The position numbers were made by a program, and so were the translations under genes. The notes beneath the pieces are model-generated. The model made no database searches. It saw only the letters and a program-made list of their open reading frames with translations, and was not told the origin of the DNA. A DNA stretch of 32,000 nt from Candidatus Helarchaeota ASGARD archaeon Hel_GB_B (GTDB taxonomy: Archaea; Asgardarchaeota; Lokiarchaeia; Helarchaeales; HEL-GB-B): the NCBI GenBank assembly GCA_005191425.1, contig SUPR01000008.1, positions 1 to 32,000 of the forward strand, given 5' to 3'. This document shows positions 10,902 through 19,803 of this stretch, piece by piece (position 1 is the stretch's first letter; each line of letters begins with the position of its first letter).

Positions 10902-11018
10902 ACTTAACTCATAATTAATTTAATTATTGGTAATTATTTTAAATATTCTAAATTCTTCAATTAATCGAAATCCAAGTAAAAATCCATTTGATTTGAAATT
11001 TTAGGTAGCGGATTTGAA

Positions 11019-11858
11019 TTATTTACAGACTTTTGCCACACTATCAATTATACCGTTCAGAATTAATTGTCCAAGTTCTTTAAAAATTAATATTTTTTTG
11101 TCTTCTTTAAATTTCTTAAAACAATCGACAAGTCCAATTTTTGGCTCCCTTAGTGGGTCAAACTCTGGTCCACCAAACTCTAAAAAACCTCCTAAACCTC
11201 CAATTGCTGGCCACCTCTTCAAAGCTGTATTTAAATCTTTAGAAATCAAGTCATTCATTATCTTAAGTTTCTGGTAGTCGACCAATCCGATTACTGCTGC
11301 GATAGAATGTTCAGTAGTATCTGCATGTCCGGGTTTAACTCCTTGTTCAATTAACCAATAATTTACTTTATCTTGGTCTACTAAATTAAAATCAAAATCA
11401 AATGGCCCAAAAGCCTTAATTTTGTATCCTTTAATAGTTTCTTGCACCTTTTTTATAGCCTTACGGGGAAAAATATTTCCACCATGAAAATTGACTATAA
11501 CTATTTTATCAAACTCGAGATGATAATTTTCCAGCAAGGTGATATGCATTTTCATAAATTCTGTAATTTTCTCCAGCCATTTTTCGAATGGTAGATAATT
11601 TGGTGACCAAAACTTTGCAATATCGCCCACCCTATCAGTAGAATATGGAATATGTGCGATATATCTAGCACCAGCTTTATTGGAAGCATTAACTGCTACA
11701 TATATGGCCTGCCGAGCATCAATATCCCTTGGTAAAGCATAACCATGAGCTTCATTAGAATTTCCAATTGAAAAAATTATTGTTTTGTCCTCGTTTTCCC
11801 CAAATGGTCCGCGGTCGGACAATTTTCCCTTTAAATTTAAAAAGTCCAAATTATACAT
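11019..11858 (-). CDS. Creatininase-family amidohydrolase (ArfB/FAPy deformylase-like)
   Basis: Metal-binding motifs E.HG..LP.D.D, VNFHGGN and GHA...E.S. The layout resembles methanogen ArfB. Confidence 0.75.
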   Translation of the reverse strand: MYNLDFLNLKGKLSDRGPFGENEDKTIIFSIGNSNEAHGYALPRDIDARQAIYVAVNASNKAGARYIAHIPYSTDRVGDIAKFWSPNYLPFEKWLEKITEFMKMHITLLENYHLEFDKIVIVNFHGGNIFPRKAIKKVQETIKGYKIKAFGPFDFDFNLVDQDKVNYWLIEQGVKPGHADTTEHSIAAVIGLVDYQKLKIMNDLISKDLNTALKRWPAIGGLGGFLEFGGPEFDPLREPKIGLVDCFKKFKEDKKILIFKELGQLILNGIIDSVAKVCK

Positions 11859-11924
11859 CTCATAATTTCATTTTTCATTTCAAATTTTCTAATTAGGAAC
11901 TTTTCTAAATACCTATTAAATTAA

Positions 11925-12839
11925 TTATATAATCAATAAAAAGAAATTCATTAAAATAGTTAATGTAATCCCTGCCAGGATTGGTGTAGAGAAATTATCA
12001 TCAACTGGTAATTTTAAACTTTCATAAAACCCTCCTAATACTCCACAAATTATTGAGATTAGCACATAATAAAATATATTCAAAATTTGCCACTGAATAA
12101 TAAAACCAATACCTAAAAATGTTAAAGATACAATAATACTAACAATAATATTACCGAAAAGTCCCTCATAAGACTTCTCTTTATTCCAAGGAAGTTTATG
12201 TTTTCCGTATTTTGATCCTATAAGAAAAGCAGTTGTGTCTCCAAATCCCCAAATTAATATTGTTGTAGTGTAAATGTAAAACATTGCCCATTTAAATTGA
12301 ATCCCAGTATAATATGCTCGAAAAATATAAACTAGCGGCGTTTCAATACCCAAAATAATTGTGGAAGATATCAATGCCATAAATGAGGCATAATATGGTT
12401 TAAATTCTTCAGATTGACGTCCAAGAGCATTAAATGCATCTGTATACCACATTTTCAATTTTAACCCTGCATAAACTACTTCATGCATTCCAAAAGCAAA
12501 ATCCAACCCAAGTAAACAAAAAATTGAAAATAATGGATCAAATAAAAAGATAAAAATTGTCGCAAGCAACCCGCTAACAATATTAAACATTTTTCTAGAA
12601 AAAGTCGTTGCTTCTTTTCCTTTTTCTCTAATCTTATAATGACGTATTTGTCCATATAATACCAAAAATATTAATAATCCATCTAATAATATAACTGCAA
12701 TTATACTCATCCACCAATATATATAGAAATTAATAAATGTTGGAATAAATAAAATAATATCTGTGATCGCCACTACAAAAATTGACCAAAATGCTTGAAG
12801 GAAAGATTTTTTATCCATAACACTCGACCTTTTTGACAT
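11925..12839 (-). CDS. CTP-dependent polyprenol/dolichol/phytol kinase-like membrane protein (CTP_transf_1/SEC59 family)
   Basis: Multi-TM protein with GDTTAFLIG..YGKHKLPWN..KSYEG and a C-terminal ES....DDN signature. Confidence 0.8.
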   Translation of the reverse strand: MSKRSSVMDKKSFLQAFWSIFVVAITDIILFIPTFINFYIYWWMSIIAVILLDGLLIFLVLYGQIRHYKIREKGKEATTFSRKMFNIVSGLLATIFIFLFDPLFSIFCLLGLDFAFGMHEVVYAGLKLKMWYTDAFNALGRQSEEFKPYYASFMALISSTIILGIETPLVYIFRAYYTGIQFKWAMFYIYTTTILIWGFGDTTAFLIGSKYGKHKLPWNKEKSYEGLFGNIIVSIIVSLTFLGIGFIIQWQILNIFYYVLISIICGVLGGFYESLKLPVDDNFSTPILAGITLTILMNFFLLII

Positions 12840-13066
12840 TAATCTGATAAAATCTGAAAAACTACTTATAACTACTTATATTTATTTATATTCTTTTTTA
12901 CTATGTAAATAAAAGATTTTGATTGGATATGAATTTTGTTAAAAATTCGTTGTTCGTTTATTTAAAATTTTTCAAACATAAAATAAAATTAAATGATTCG
13001 AAAAAAATTTGTTTTATACTTGAAGTATTGAAGATTGCGATTTTAAAATGGTTATTAACCGATTTA

Positions 13067-14440
13067 TTATAATTTATTTATGATACCTTTACTGGCTACT
13101 AGTCCAGAAACAGCTGCTGCAATAATTCCTCTTGTAATTCCAGCACCATCTCCAGCTACAAAAATATTTTTTATATCTGTTTCGAGATATTTATTTGTTA
13201 TTATTCTTTTGGCGCTATATTTTATTTCTGGGGCATATATTAATGTAGAATCATTATTTAATCCTGAAATTACTGTATCTAATTTTTCGATGCTTTCCAT
13301 CAAATCCGTCAATATACGATATGGCATTACCATTGATATATCTCCTGGAGTGACATTTTTTAGAGTTGGTTTGACAAAATTTTTCTGAATTCTTTCAAAA
13401 GTACTTCTGCGGCCTCTTTTTAAGTCTCCTAGTCTTTGTAAAATTGGTTTACCACCACCTAATATAGTAAAAGCATCAATTATTGATTTTCCATATTTCA
13501 AAGTATCTTCCAATGGTTTTGTAAGCGATACCCGTGAAATTAATGCAAAATTTGTATTTTTTGATAATTTAGAGATGTAAGAATGTCCATTTACTGCAAC
13601 TGTTCCATCTTCATAGACTTCTTGGACTACAAATCCTTCATGATTTGTACAGAATGTCCTCACAAATCCATCAAATTTATGCGTATAAATATGAAACTTT
13701 GGGTCTCTTTGAATAGAACAAATCGGTTCCATAATATATGAAGGAACTTCCAGCCGTATCCCTATATCTATTGGTTTATACTTAGTTTTTACACCTAACT
13801 TTTCCATCTCACTGGCAAGCCAATGCATTCCTATTCGACCAGGGGCGGCTAAACAAAAATCGAACGAAATATTTTCTCCATTATCTAATTTGATATCGGT
13901 TTCATTAAGTTCAACAACTTTTGTTGCGAGCTTAAATTTTACCCCTCTTTCCTCTAAATATTTTTTAATATTATTTATTACTTTTGGTGCATTTTCAGTA
14001 CCAATGTGCCTCTGCTTTATCGGCATAAAATGAATATCTTTTGATGCAGCTTTTAATTTTATTTCATTAACTTTACTTTCATCTGGTTGAAAAATTTTTT
14101 TGGGGGCACCATTCAATAGAAAAATTTCATCAATTTTATTAATTAGATTCCATGCTTCTTCTTCATTTCCTACTAATTCTACCAAATTTCCTCCTATAAT
14201 TGGACTTAGGTTCAATTGCCCTGAAGAATATGTCCCGGCTCCACCAACTCCACTAAGCATATGACATGGTTTACAATGTGCACAAATTAATTTATCAGGG
14301 ACTAAACATTTTCTTTTATCTACATCTAACCCCATGTCAATTATTAGTATGTCCAAGTCATCTCTCGAAGACAATTCATAAGCTGAAAATAAACCTGCTG
14401 CCCCAGCCCCTATTATTATCAAACGTTTTTTTTTGCTCAA
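13067..14440 (-). CDS. FAD-dependent oxidoreductase (uncharacterised FAD dehydrogenase family, COG2509-like)
   Basis: GAGAAG dinucleotide fold, C..C.PC...SGVGGAG, RTFCTN..G.V, NGHS, T.GD, Y.PE.K and AGDGAG..RG...AA. It lies 14 nt downstream of purE, so probably co-transcribed. Confidence 0.8.
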   Translation of the reverse strand: MSKKKRLIIIGAGAAGLFSAYELSSRDDLDILIIDMGLDVDKRKCLVPDKLICAHCKPCHMLSGVGGAGTYSSGQLNLSPIIGGNLVELVGNEEEAWNLINKIDEIFLLNGAPKKIFQPDESKVNEIKLKAASKDIHFMPIKQRHIGTENAPKVINNIKKYLEERGVKFKLATKVVELNETDIKLDNGENISFDFCLAAPGRIGMHWLASEMEKLGVKTKYKPIDIGIRLEVPSYIMEPICSIQRDPKFHIYTHKFDGFVRTFCTNHEGFVVQEVYEDGTVAVNGHSYISKLSKNTNFALISRVSLTKPLEDTLKYGKSIIDAFTILGGGKPILQRLGDLKRGRRSTFERIQKNFVKPTLKNVTPGDISMVMPYRILTDLMESIEKLDTVISGLNNDSTLIYAPEIKYSAKRIITNKYLETDIKNIFVAGDGAGITRGIIAAAVSGLVASKGIINKL

Positions 14441-14454
14441 AATTATGACCTGAC

Positions 14455-14859
14455 TTATAATTTATCCATTAATTCAGGATATTTTAGTCCTAAAATTCTT
14501 ATTGCCAGCCAAGCTGCATTTTGACTGTTATCAATTCCTACACAAGCTACTGGTACTCCTTTCGGCATTTGGACTATAGATAAAAGTGCATCTAGTCCAC
14601 CCAACTTCACATCTACAGGTACTCCAATAACTGGTCTCTTAGTTTTTGCAGCTATAATCCCTGGCAGAGCTGCAGATAACCCTGCAATTGCAATAAAGAC
14701 ATCACTATTTGAATTTTCTAAATATTCATCTAACTTCTTGTAGTTTCTATGAGCTGAAATTACTTGTAAATCGTATTTTATACCTTTCTCTTCCAAAATT
14801 GCTGTAGCTTTCTCCGCTATTTTCCTATCCGATTCACTACCTATTATTATTGAAATCAA
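14455..14859 (-). CDS. purE: AIR carboxylase / N5-CAIR mutase PurE (short archaeal form)
   Basis: [41 protein letters not shown] and NAA.LA.RIL. TTG start 7 nt after an AAGGTG SD (14867-14872). Confidence 0.9.
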   Translation of the reverse strand: MISIIIGSESDRKIAEKATAILEEKGIKYDLQVISAHRNYKKLDEYLENSNSDVFIAIAGLSAALPGIIAAKTKRPVIGVPVDVKLGGLDALLSIVQMPKGVPVACVGIDNSQNAAWLAIRILGLKYPELMDKL

Positions 14860-15027
14860 TTTATCTCACCTTTATCTATCTAAATTTATTTCTCTGAATT
14901 ACAATTGAACAACATTTTTAAATTTGTTTATTGGTTATTTAGCATATTTTTTTAGAATTACATAATATTTAAATCTAAAACCTAAATATATTATTAATCT
15001 TCCAAATATTCAAATCAAGGTATCAAT

Positions 15028-15858
15028 ATGAAAAAAAAATTGATGATTTTGGGGTTAATTCTTCCAATTCTTCTTAGCCTACCAATTTCTATAGTACATA
15101 GTCAAATATTAAATATATGGGATGTTAGAGCCGGCAATGTCAGATATTATTATTTTTCCGAAGTCTATACTGGAAATGTAACTGGTATATCTACTCTACC
15201 ACCTCTTGAATATCATATTCTTTTAAATGAAGAACTGGGACAATTTTTTCCTTTTTACAATACAAGTGGTACCGATATTTATCTTCGTATTTTGATGCTT
15301 ACTAAAAGCCCAGTTGAAAATTTATTGACCCTCTATGATGATTCATATACAAATTCTAAAAGTGATTTCATTTTCGACCAAGATAACCTTAATTCATTCT
15401 TCAACTTAGGAGTTTCAGGAAAATTTGTATTACCAGTAAGAAATGGTTCAACGTTTTTCATCGCTTGGAATTTTCCATGGGGTGATAATTGGACAATATG
15501 TTGTCAAGAAATTAATTCTGATCCAAATTATAACTGCAGTTGGAGTGGCAATTTATTGATCGTTAATTGCACAAAAAATAACGTATTAGATCCAAATCTA
15601 AATATGCATTTTAATCTGACTAAAAGAATTGTCTGGGATAATTCGACTGGTTTTTTAGTTTCGTTATCTATGAAAAAATTTTACGAGAATAAATTCTGTA
15701 CAATAACAACAACAATTACGTCGAGCTATAGTTATTCTAGCCTTTCTGCATTCTTATCTATGGGACCACAAGACATTTTCTGGCCTATTGCGTTGTCAAT
15801 AAGTGGGATTGGGTTAGGGCTATCATTAGTCATTTTTTATAAAGTTAAGAAAAAGTAG
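15028..15858 (+). CDS. Secreted, C-terminally membrane-anchored surface glycoprotein (paralog 1)
   Basis: Basic-hydrophobic signal peptide, 8 N-x-S/T sequons, and a C-terminal TM helix followed by KVKKK. Confidence 0.8.
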   Translation: MKKKLMILGLILPILLSLPISIVHSQILNIWDVRAGNVRYYYFSEVYTGNVTGISTLPPLEYHILLNEELGQFFPFYNTSGTDIYLRILMLTKSPVENLLTLYDDSYTNSKSDFIFDQDNLNSFFNLGVSGKFVLPVRNGSTFFIAWNFPWGDNWTICCQEINSDPNYNCSWSGNLLIVNCTKNNVLDPNLNMHFNLTKRIVWDNSTGFLVSLSMKKFYENKFCTITTTITSSYSYSSLSAFLSMGPQDIFWPIALSISGIGLGLSLVIFYKVKKK

Positions 15859-15867
15859 GATTGATCA

Positions 15868-16641
15868 ATGATGAAAAGAAAAAATAAAATTATTGTTTTT
15901 AGTTTTTTAATGCTATTTTTTATTGTACAGCCTATATTCATTAGTACTTCATTTGCACAAATAGTCAATATTTGGGGAATTTCTGAAGGTGCAACGCGGT
16001 CTTATGATTACTATGAAATCTATTCGGGGTCAATTAATTCAATTACTACACATCCAAGGCGGACATACCGGATTGTAAAAATTTATGACAATGATGGAAA
16101 TAACTATACCGAACTAATTTTTCAAATTACTACGACCAATATATACGGATCGCCTCAAGTTTCAACTCAGGTACTAGATGATTCATCATCATCTTGGTCG
16201 TATAATGGTCTTGAAATGACTTCTTCAAACTATTACATGAGTAATCCTTTATATCCAATTTATTACAATGGGACAGATAGTATTGGGTTTAATTGGACTG
16301 CTGCAGAGGTGCATTTTAACACTGCAGACCCAAATTGGAACATGACTATATCAGGAAATATAGCAACTCTTAATAGGTCTTATAATGGGACGGAAAATGG
16401 CGCAGATTATGACGTTAATGTAATTATAAAGTGGAACATTGTAAGTGGATGGCTAATATCTTATGATGAAATAAAAACATATAATGAAACTCTAGGATAT
16501 TCAATCCATTACCAGACAACAATTGCTTTACCAACAGCTGGATTCTTACTGGATTGGAGCATTTTATTCAGTACATTTGCTATTGGTCTTGGTGCTGCTG
16601 CTGTTGTATTTGCTACTCTTGCTTATAAAAAATTTAAATAA
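15868..16641 (+). CDS. Secreted, C-terminally membrane-anchored surface glycoprotein (paralog 2)
   Basis: Signal peptide, 7 sequons, and a C-terminal TM followed by KKFK. It shares QI.NIW, R.Y..E.Y.G, DPN.N..SGN, W...G.L.S and IGLG with the upstream gene. The gap between them is 9 nt. Confidence 0.8.
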   Translation: MMKRKNKIIVFSFLMLFFIVQPIFISTSFAQIVNIWGISEGATRSYDYYEIYSGSINSITTHPRRTYRIVKIYDNDGNNYTELIFQITTTNIYGSPQVSTQVLDDSSSSWSYNGLEMTSSNYYMSNPLYPIYYNGTDSIGFNWTAAEVHFNTADPNWNMTISGNIATLNRSYNGTENGADYDVNVIIKWNIVSGWLISYDEIKTYNETLGYSIHYQTTIALPTAGFLLDWSILFSTFAIGLGAAAVVFATLAYKKFK

Positions 16642-16668
16642 TGATTAATTACGTTGACAAGCTAATTT

Positions 16669-16688
16669 ATATTTTCTCCTTTTTTTTA
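16669..16688 (+). terminator. Probable oligo-T terminator after the surface-protein pair
   Basis: TATTTTCTCCTTTTTTTT tract about 30 nt after the stop codon. Confidence 0.35.
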
Positions 16689-16999
16689 AATAGATAATTA
16701 ATTTTTTTTCTCGAATTTTGCTTAATAAAATATTCTCCTTGTTAAAATCATTAATTAAATTAAAATGTATCTTCTAGAATTTCAAAATAAAATTATTATC
16801 GTCAGTACCTAATATAAAGTTAAAAACATTATAATTAATTCGATAGATTATTTAGAAATATCATGCTTTTCTACAACCTATAATCATTCTTACTCCTAAT
16901 AAAATTATTTTGAGAAAAAAAAACAAATTCCGAAGGTTTTTATCCGACCTTTTCTATAATTACTTCACAAAAAATTAAATTTTTAAAAGGATTAAAAAA

Positions 17000-17245
17000 A
17001 TGAAAAATTCTGTTTCTGTTAAGGACTGTTTAGAGGAAGCTGTAGGATCATTAGATCGAGCGTTAAAATATGCAATTGAACAAGAATCTAAGAAAGAAGT
17101 TTTTAATATGATTTTATCCGCGGCATTATATAATGAAGTGGGACTTGAAAAAACTGTTAAAAATATTTTAAAACAGATGTTGTCAATGGCAGATGTTTCT
17201 GGTTCAGTAAAAAAAGAGATATCTGAATTTTTAAAGAATTTCTAA
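17000..17245 (+). CDS. Small helical hypothetical protein (81 aa)
   Basis: ATG start with AGGA upstream, protein-like composition and flanking AT-rich non-coding DNA. Confidence 0.7.
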   Translation: MKNSVSVKDCLEEAVGSLDRALKYAIEQESKKEVFNMILSAALYNEVGLEKTVKNILKQMLSMADVSGSVKKEISEFLKNF

Positions 17246-17586
17246 TGTGTAAAAATGAATTAGAAAAAAGATTTTGGAGATTTTAATTTCTATTTTTAAA
17301 TAATTTAATTTGTAAAATTTTAACTATAATTTTTCAGAGAATTTTAAATATATTAGCTATATTAGCTAAAATTTCTATTAACAAAATAATCTTCGTTAAT
17401 TCAATTGGTTAATGACCTAAAAGTATTTTTTTACTGATTCTAATTTTTGTTTTTATTTATTTAATTGAGAAAAATTCTTATATTAATTCAAAGATTTGAC
17501 TTTAATATTAATATTATTTGAATAATTTCTTAAAATGATTTAAAAAATCTTTAATAAGCTGTTAGAATATTTGGAGAATTTTAATA

Positions 17587-18447
17587 ATGGCATGGGATGC
17601 TTTATTTAAACAACTAATGACTAATGAACTTAAAGATTTTGATGTTAGAACTAATGTTTCGGTCGGAAAATTACCTTTACAAATAGATGTTGTTATTATT
17701 AAACCCAAAATACCACCTAAAACTAATATATTGAGTTCGTTTACAAAGTATTTATCTAAAATTAACATAATTGAATTTAAAAGTACTCATGATTTAATGA
17801 AAAATGCTGATTTGACCAAATTAATCGGCTATGTTGGGTTATATTGTAATTCTAATGATCTGGGAATTCAAGATCTTAATAAAATTACAGCTTGGTACAT
17901 TATTCCATATGAACCAAAATTCCTTAGATTGCTAAATTTAACTAAAAAAGAAGATGGAATCTATTTATTGAATTTCTCATTTAAATTTTATATTGTGATT
18001 ATAGATAAGTTTCCAACCAAATTTGAAAATATTCCATTTCTTATGTTTTCGTCAAAAGAAAGGCTACGCGAAATACTTAAATTAATAATTCAAGAAAAAT
18101 CATTACAAAGATATTTAAGTGTCTCTTATTTATTATATCCTAAGGTGCTAAAAGAATTGACATCTAAAGAAGATTATTACACTTATAAAGAAATTCAAGA
18201 TAATATAAAATTTGCAGTAGAGGAATTAGGGGTAAAAAATGTAGTAGAAGCGGTAGGGCTTGAAAAGGTGGTAGAAGCGGTAGGGCTTGAAAAGGTGGTA
18301 GAAGCAATAGGGCTTGAAAAGGTGATAGAAGCGGTAGGGCTTGAAAAGGTGGTAGAAGCAATAGGGCTTGAAAAGGTGGTAGAAGCAATAGGGCTTGAAA
18401 AAATAGAGAAAATAATAAATAAAATAAAAGGTAAAATGAAAAAATAA
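17587..18447 (+). CDS. Rpn/YhgA-like PD-(D/E)xK nuclease (putative transposase family) with C-terminal 9-aa tandem repeats
   Basis: N-terminal WDALFK (compare Rpn HDxLFK), IDVVII (D34), IIEFK (E63/K65), K..GY..LY, then (VEA[VI]GLEKV)n. GGAG lies upstream. Confidence 0.7.
   Translation: MAWDALFKQLMTNELKDFDVRTNVSVGKLPLQIDVVIIKPKIPPKTNILSSFTKYLSKINIIEFKSTHDLMKNADLTKLIGYVGLYCNSNDLGIQDLNKITAWYIIPYEPKFLRLLNLTKKEDGIYLLNFSFKFYIVIIDKFPTKFENIPFLMFSSKERLREILKLIIQEKSLQRYLSVSYLLYPKVLKELTSKEDYYTYKEIQDNIKFAVEELGVKNVVEAVGLEKVVEAVGLEKVVEAIGLEKVIEAVGLEKVVEAIGLEKVVEAIGLEKIEKIINKIKGKMKK
18157..18447 (+). CDS. Putative intragenic small protein (96 aa, RpnS-like) nested in frame in the nuclease gene
   Basis: AAGGTG at 18142-18147 is followed 9 nt later by an in-frame TTG (codon 191). 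The same SD+TTG style is used for purE and the 24633 gene. Translation is not demonstrated. Confidence 0.35.
   Translation: MTSKEDYYTYKEIQDNIKFAVEELGVKNVVEAVGLEKVVEAVGLEKVVEAIGLEKVIEAVGLEKVVEAIGLEKVVEAIGLEKIEKIINKIKGKMKK
18217..18405 (+). repeat. Coding tandem array: 6 near-identical 27-nt units (18244-18405) plus 1 degenerate unit (18217-18243)
   Basis: Consensus GTAGAAGC(GG/AA)TAGGGCTTGAAAAGGTG, with units starting at 18244, 18271, 18298, 18325, 18352 and 18379. Confidence 0.97.
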
Positions 18448-18665
18448 AATCCTGCAATCTTCCCTAACTTTTCATAAAATAATAGAAAAAATTCTTTGAT
18501 TACTAAAAAATACATAACCAATTTAATAATAAACTTTAACAGATTTGTATTTTTATTATAAAAATTTTTTAAATTTCTCTAAATTAATAATGAAAAATCG
18601 CGAATTGACAATTTTTTAATTTGTAATTGAGAAAATTTTTTAGATATTTATTATTTATAGATTTT

Positions 18666-19790
18666 ATGAAAAAAATTCCCATTAATCTTCCTTTAATAGG
18701 AAAGGAAGAGCAACAAATTGTGTTAAACGTCCTTAAATCTGGGGTATTGACTAATAAAAGTGGGCAAGGGCCAATGGTACATAAATTTGAAAATAATTTT
18801 TCAAATTATATAGGATGTAGATATGCAATAGCAACAAATTCTGGGACATCTGCTTTACATGCAGCACTGTTGGCCCTTGATTTAAAACCAAGAGATGAAG
18901 TAATAGTACCATCATTTACTTTTGTAGCTACTGCCACCATAATTTTACATGTTCATGCTAAAGTCGTTTTTGCAGATATTGAGCCTGAAACATTTACCTT
19001 AGACCCTATAAAAATAAATAAAGTTATTTCAAAAAATACTAAAGTAATAATACCCGTACATCTTTTTGGGCATCCAGCTGATATGAAACCCTTAATTGAA
19101 ATAGCAGAAGATAAAAATATTTTTCTATTAGAGGACGCGTGTCAAGCGCACGGATCTGAATATAGAGGTAAAAAATCTGGAAATCTTTCAGATGCAGCAT
19201 GTTTTTCATTTTATCCAAGTAAAAATATGACGACCGGCGAAGGTGGGATAATAACTACTAATAATGAGGAATTTGCAGATAAAATACGAATGATAATTAA
19301 CCATGGAGAAAATAAAGCATATAACACAATTAGATTGGGACATAACTTCAGGATGCCAGAAATAAGTGCTGCAATAGGTATAGAGCAATTAAAAAAGTTG
19401 CCTGAATTCATTAATAAAAGGGCAAAAAATGCTAGTTATTTTAATCTAAAGTTAAATAATATAAACGAATTAAGGCTACCTATTGAGAAAAAGTGGGCAA
19501 AACATTCTTGGTACATGTATACATTGACAATCAAGGATAAAAATATTGACCGAAACTTAATAGTCAAAAGTCTAAACGATTCGGGAATTGGGGCTGGTGT
19601 ATATTATCAAATTCCATTACATCTAATGCCATTTTTCCAAAAAATGAAAATAAAAAATGATGACTTAAGTATAACTGAGCAAATTTCTAAAAAGGTATTT
19701 TCTATTCCAGTCCATCCGGCATTATCAAATGAGGATTTAGATTTTATTAACGAAAAACTTCAAACTATCATTAAAAAACAAAATGAATAA
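18666..19790 (+). CDS. DegT/DnrJ/EryC1/StrS family PLP-dependent sugar aminotransferase
   Basis: NSGTSALH, PSFTFVAT, PVHLFG, EDACQAHG, FSFYPSKNMTTGEGG and G.NFRM. Likely start is ATG 18666 (MKKIPINLP) rather than 18627. Confidence 0.92.
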   Translation: MKKIPINLPLIGKEEQQIVLNVLKSGVLTNKSGQGPMVHKFENNFSNYIGCRYAIATNSGTSALHAALLALDLKPRDEVIVPSFTFVATATIILHVHAKVVFADIEPETFTLDPIKINKVISKNTKVIIPVHLFGHPADMKPLIEIAEDKNIFLLEDACQAHGSEYRGKKSGNLSDAACFSFYPSKNMTTGEGGIITTNNEEFADKIRMIINHGENKAYNTIRLGHNFRMPEISAAIGIEQLKKLPEFINKRAKNASYFNLKLNNINELRLPIEKKWAKHSWYMYTLTIKDKNIDRNLIVKSLNDSGIGAGVYYQIPLHLMPFFQKMKIKNDDLSITEQISKKVFSIPVHPALSNEDLDFINEKLQTIIKKQNE

Positions 19791-19803
19791 TTATTTTATA
19801 ATT

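Noticed and set aside
17349-17368. TATATTAGC x2 tandem between the 81-aa ORF and the nuclease
   Set aside because: It is short, AT-rich and far from either start, so probably background slippage.
18217-18405. Array considered as a CRISPR locus
   Set aside because: The units are contiguous with no spacers, stay in frame within a CDS, and no cas genes are present.
18164-18521. Two antisense ORFs (18164-18457 and 18195-18521) with repetitive LPPFQALLL / FSSPTASTT translations
   Set aside because: They are shadows of the 27-nt array, which has no stops in these frames. The plus-strand frame carries the recognisable nuclease.
17246-18665. Nuclease gene considered as an intact IS element
   Set aside because: I found no terminal inverted repeats or flanking target-site duplication by eye, and Rpn-family proteins are not shown to be true transposases.
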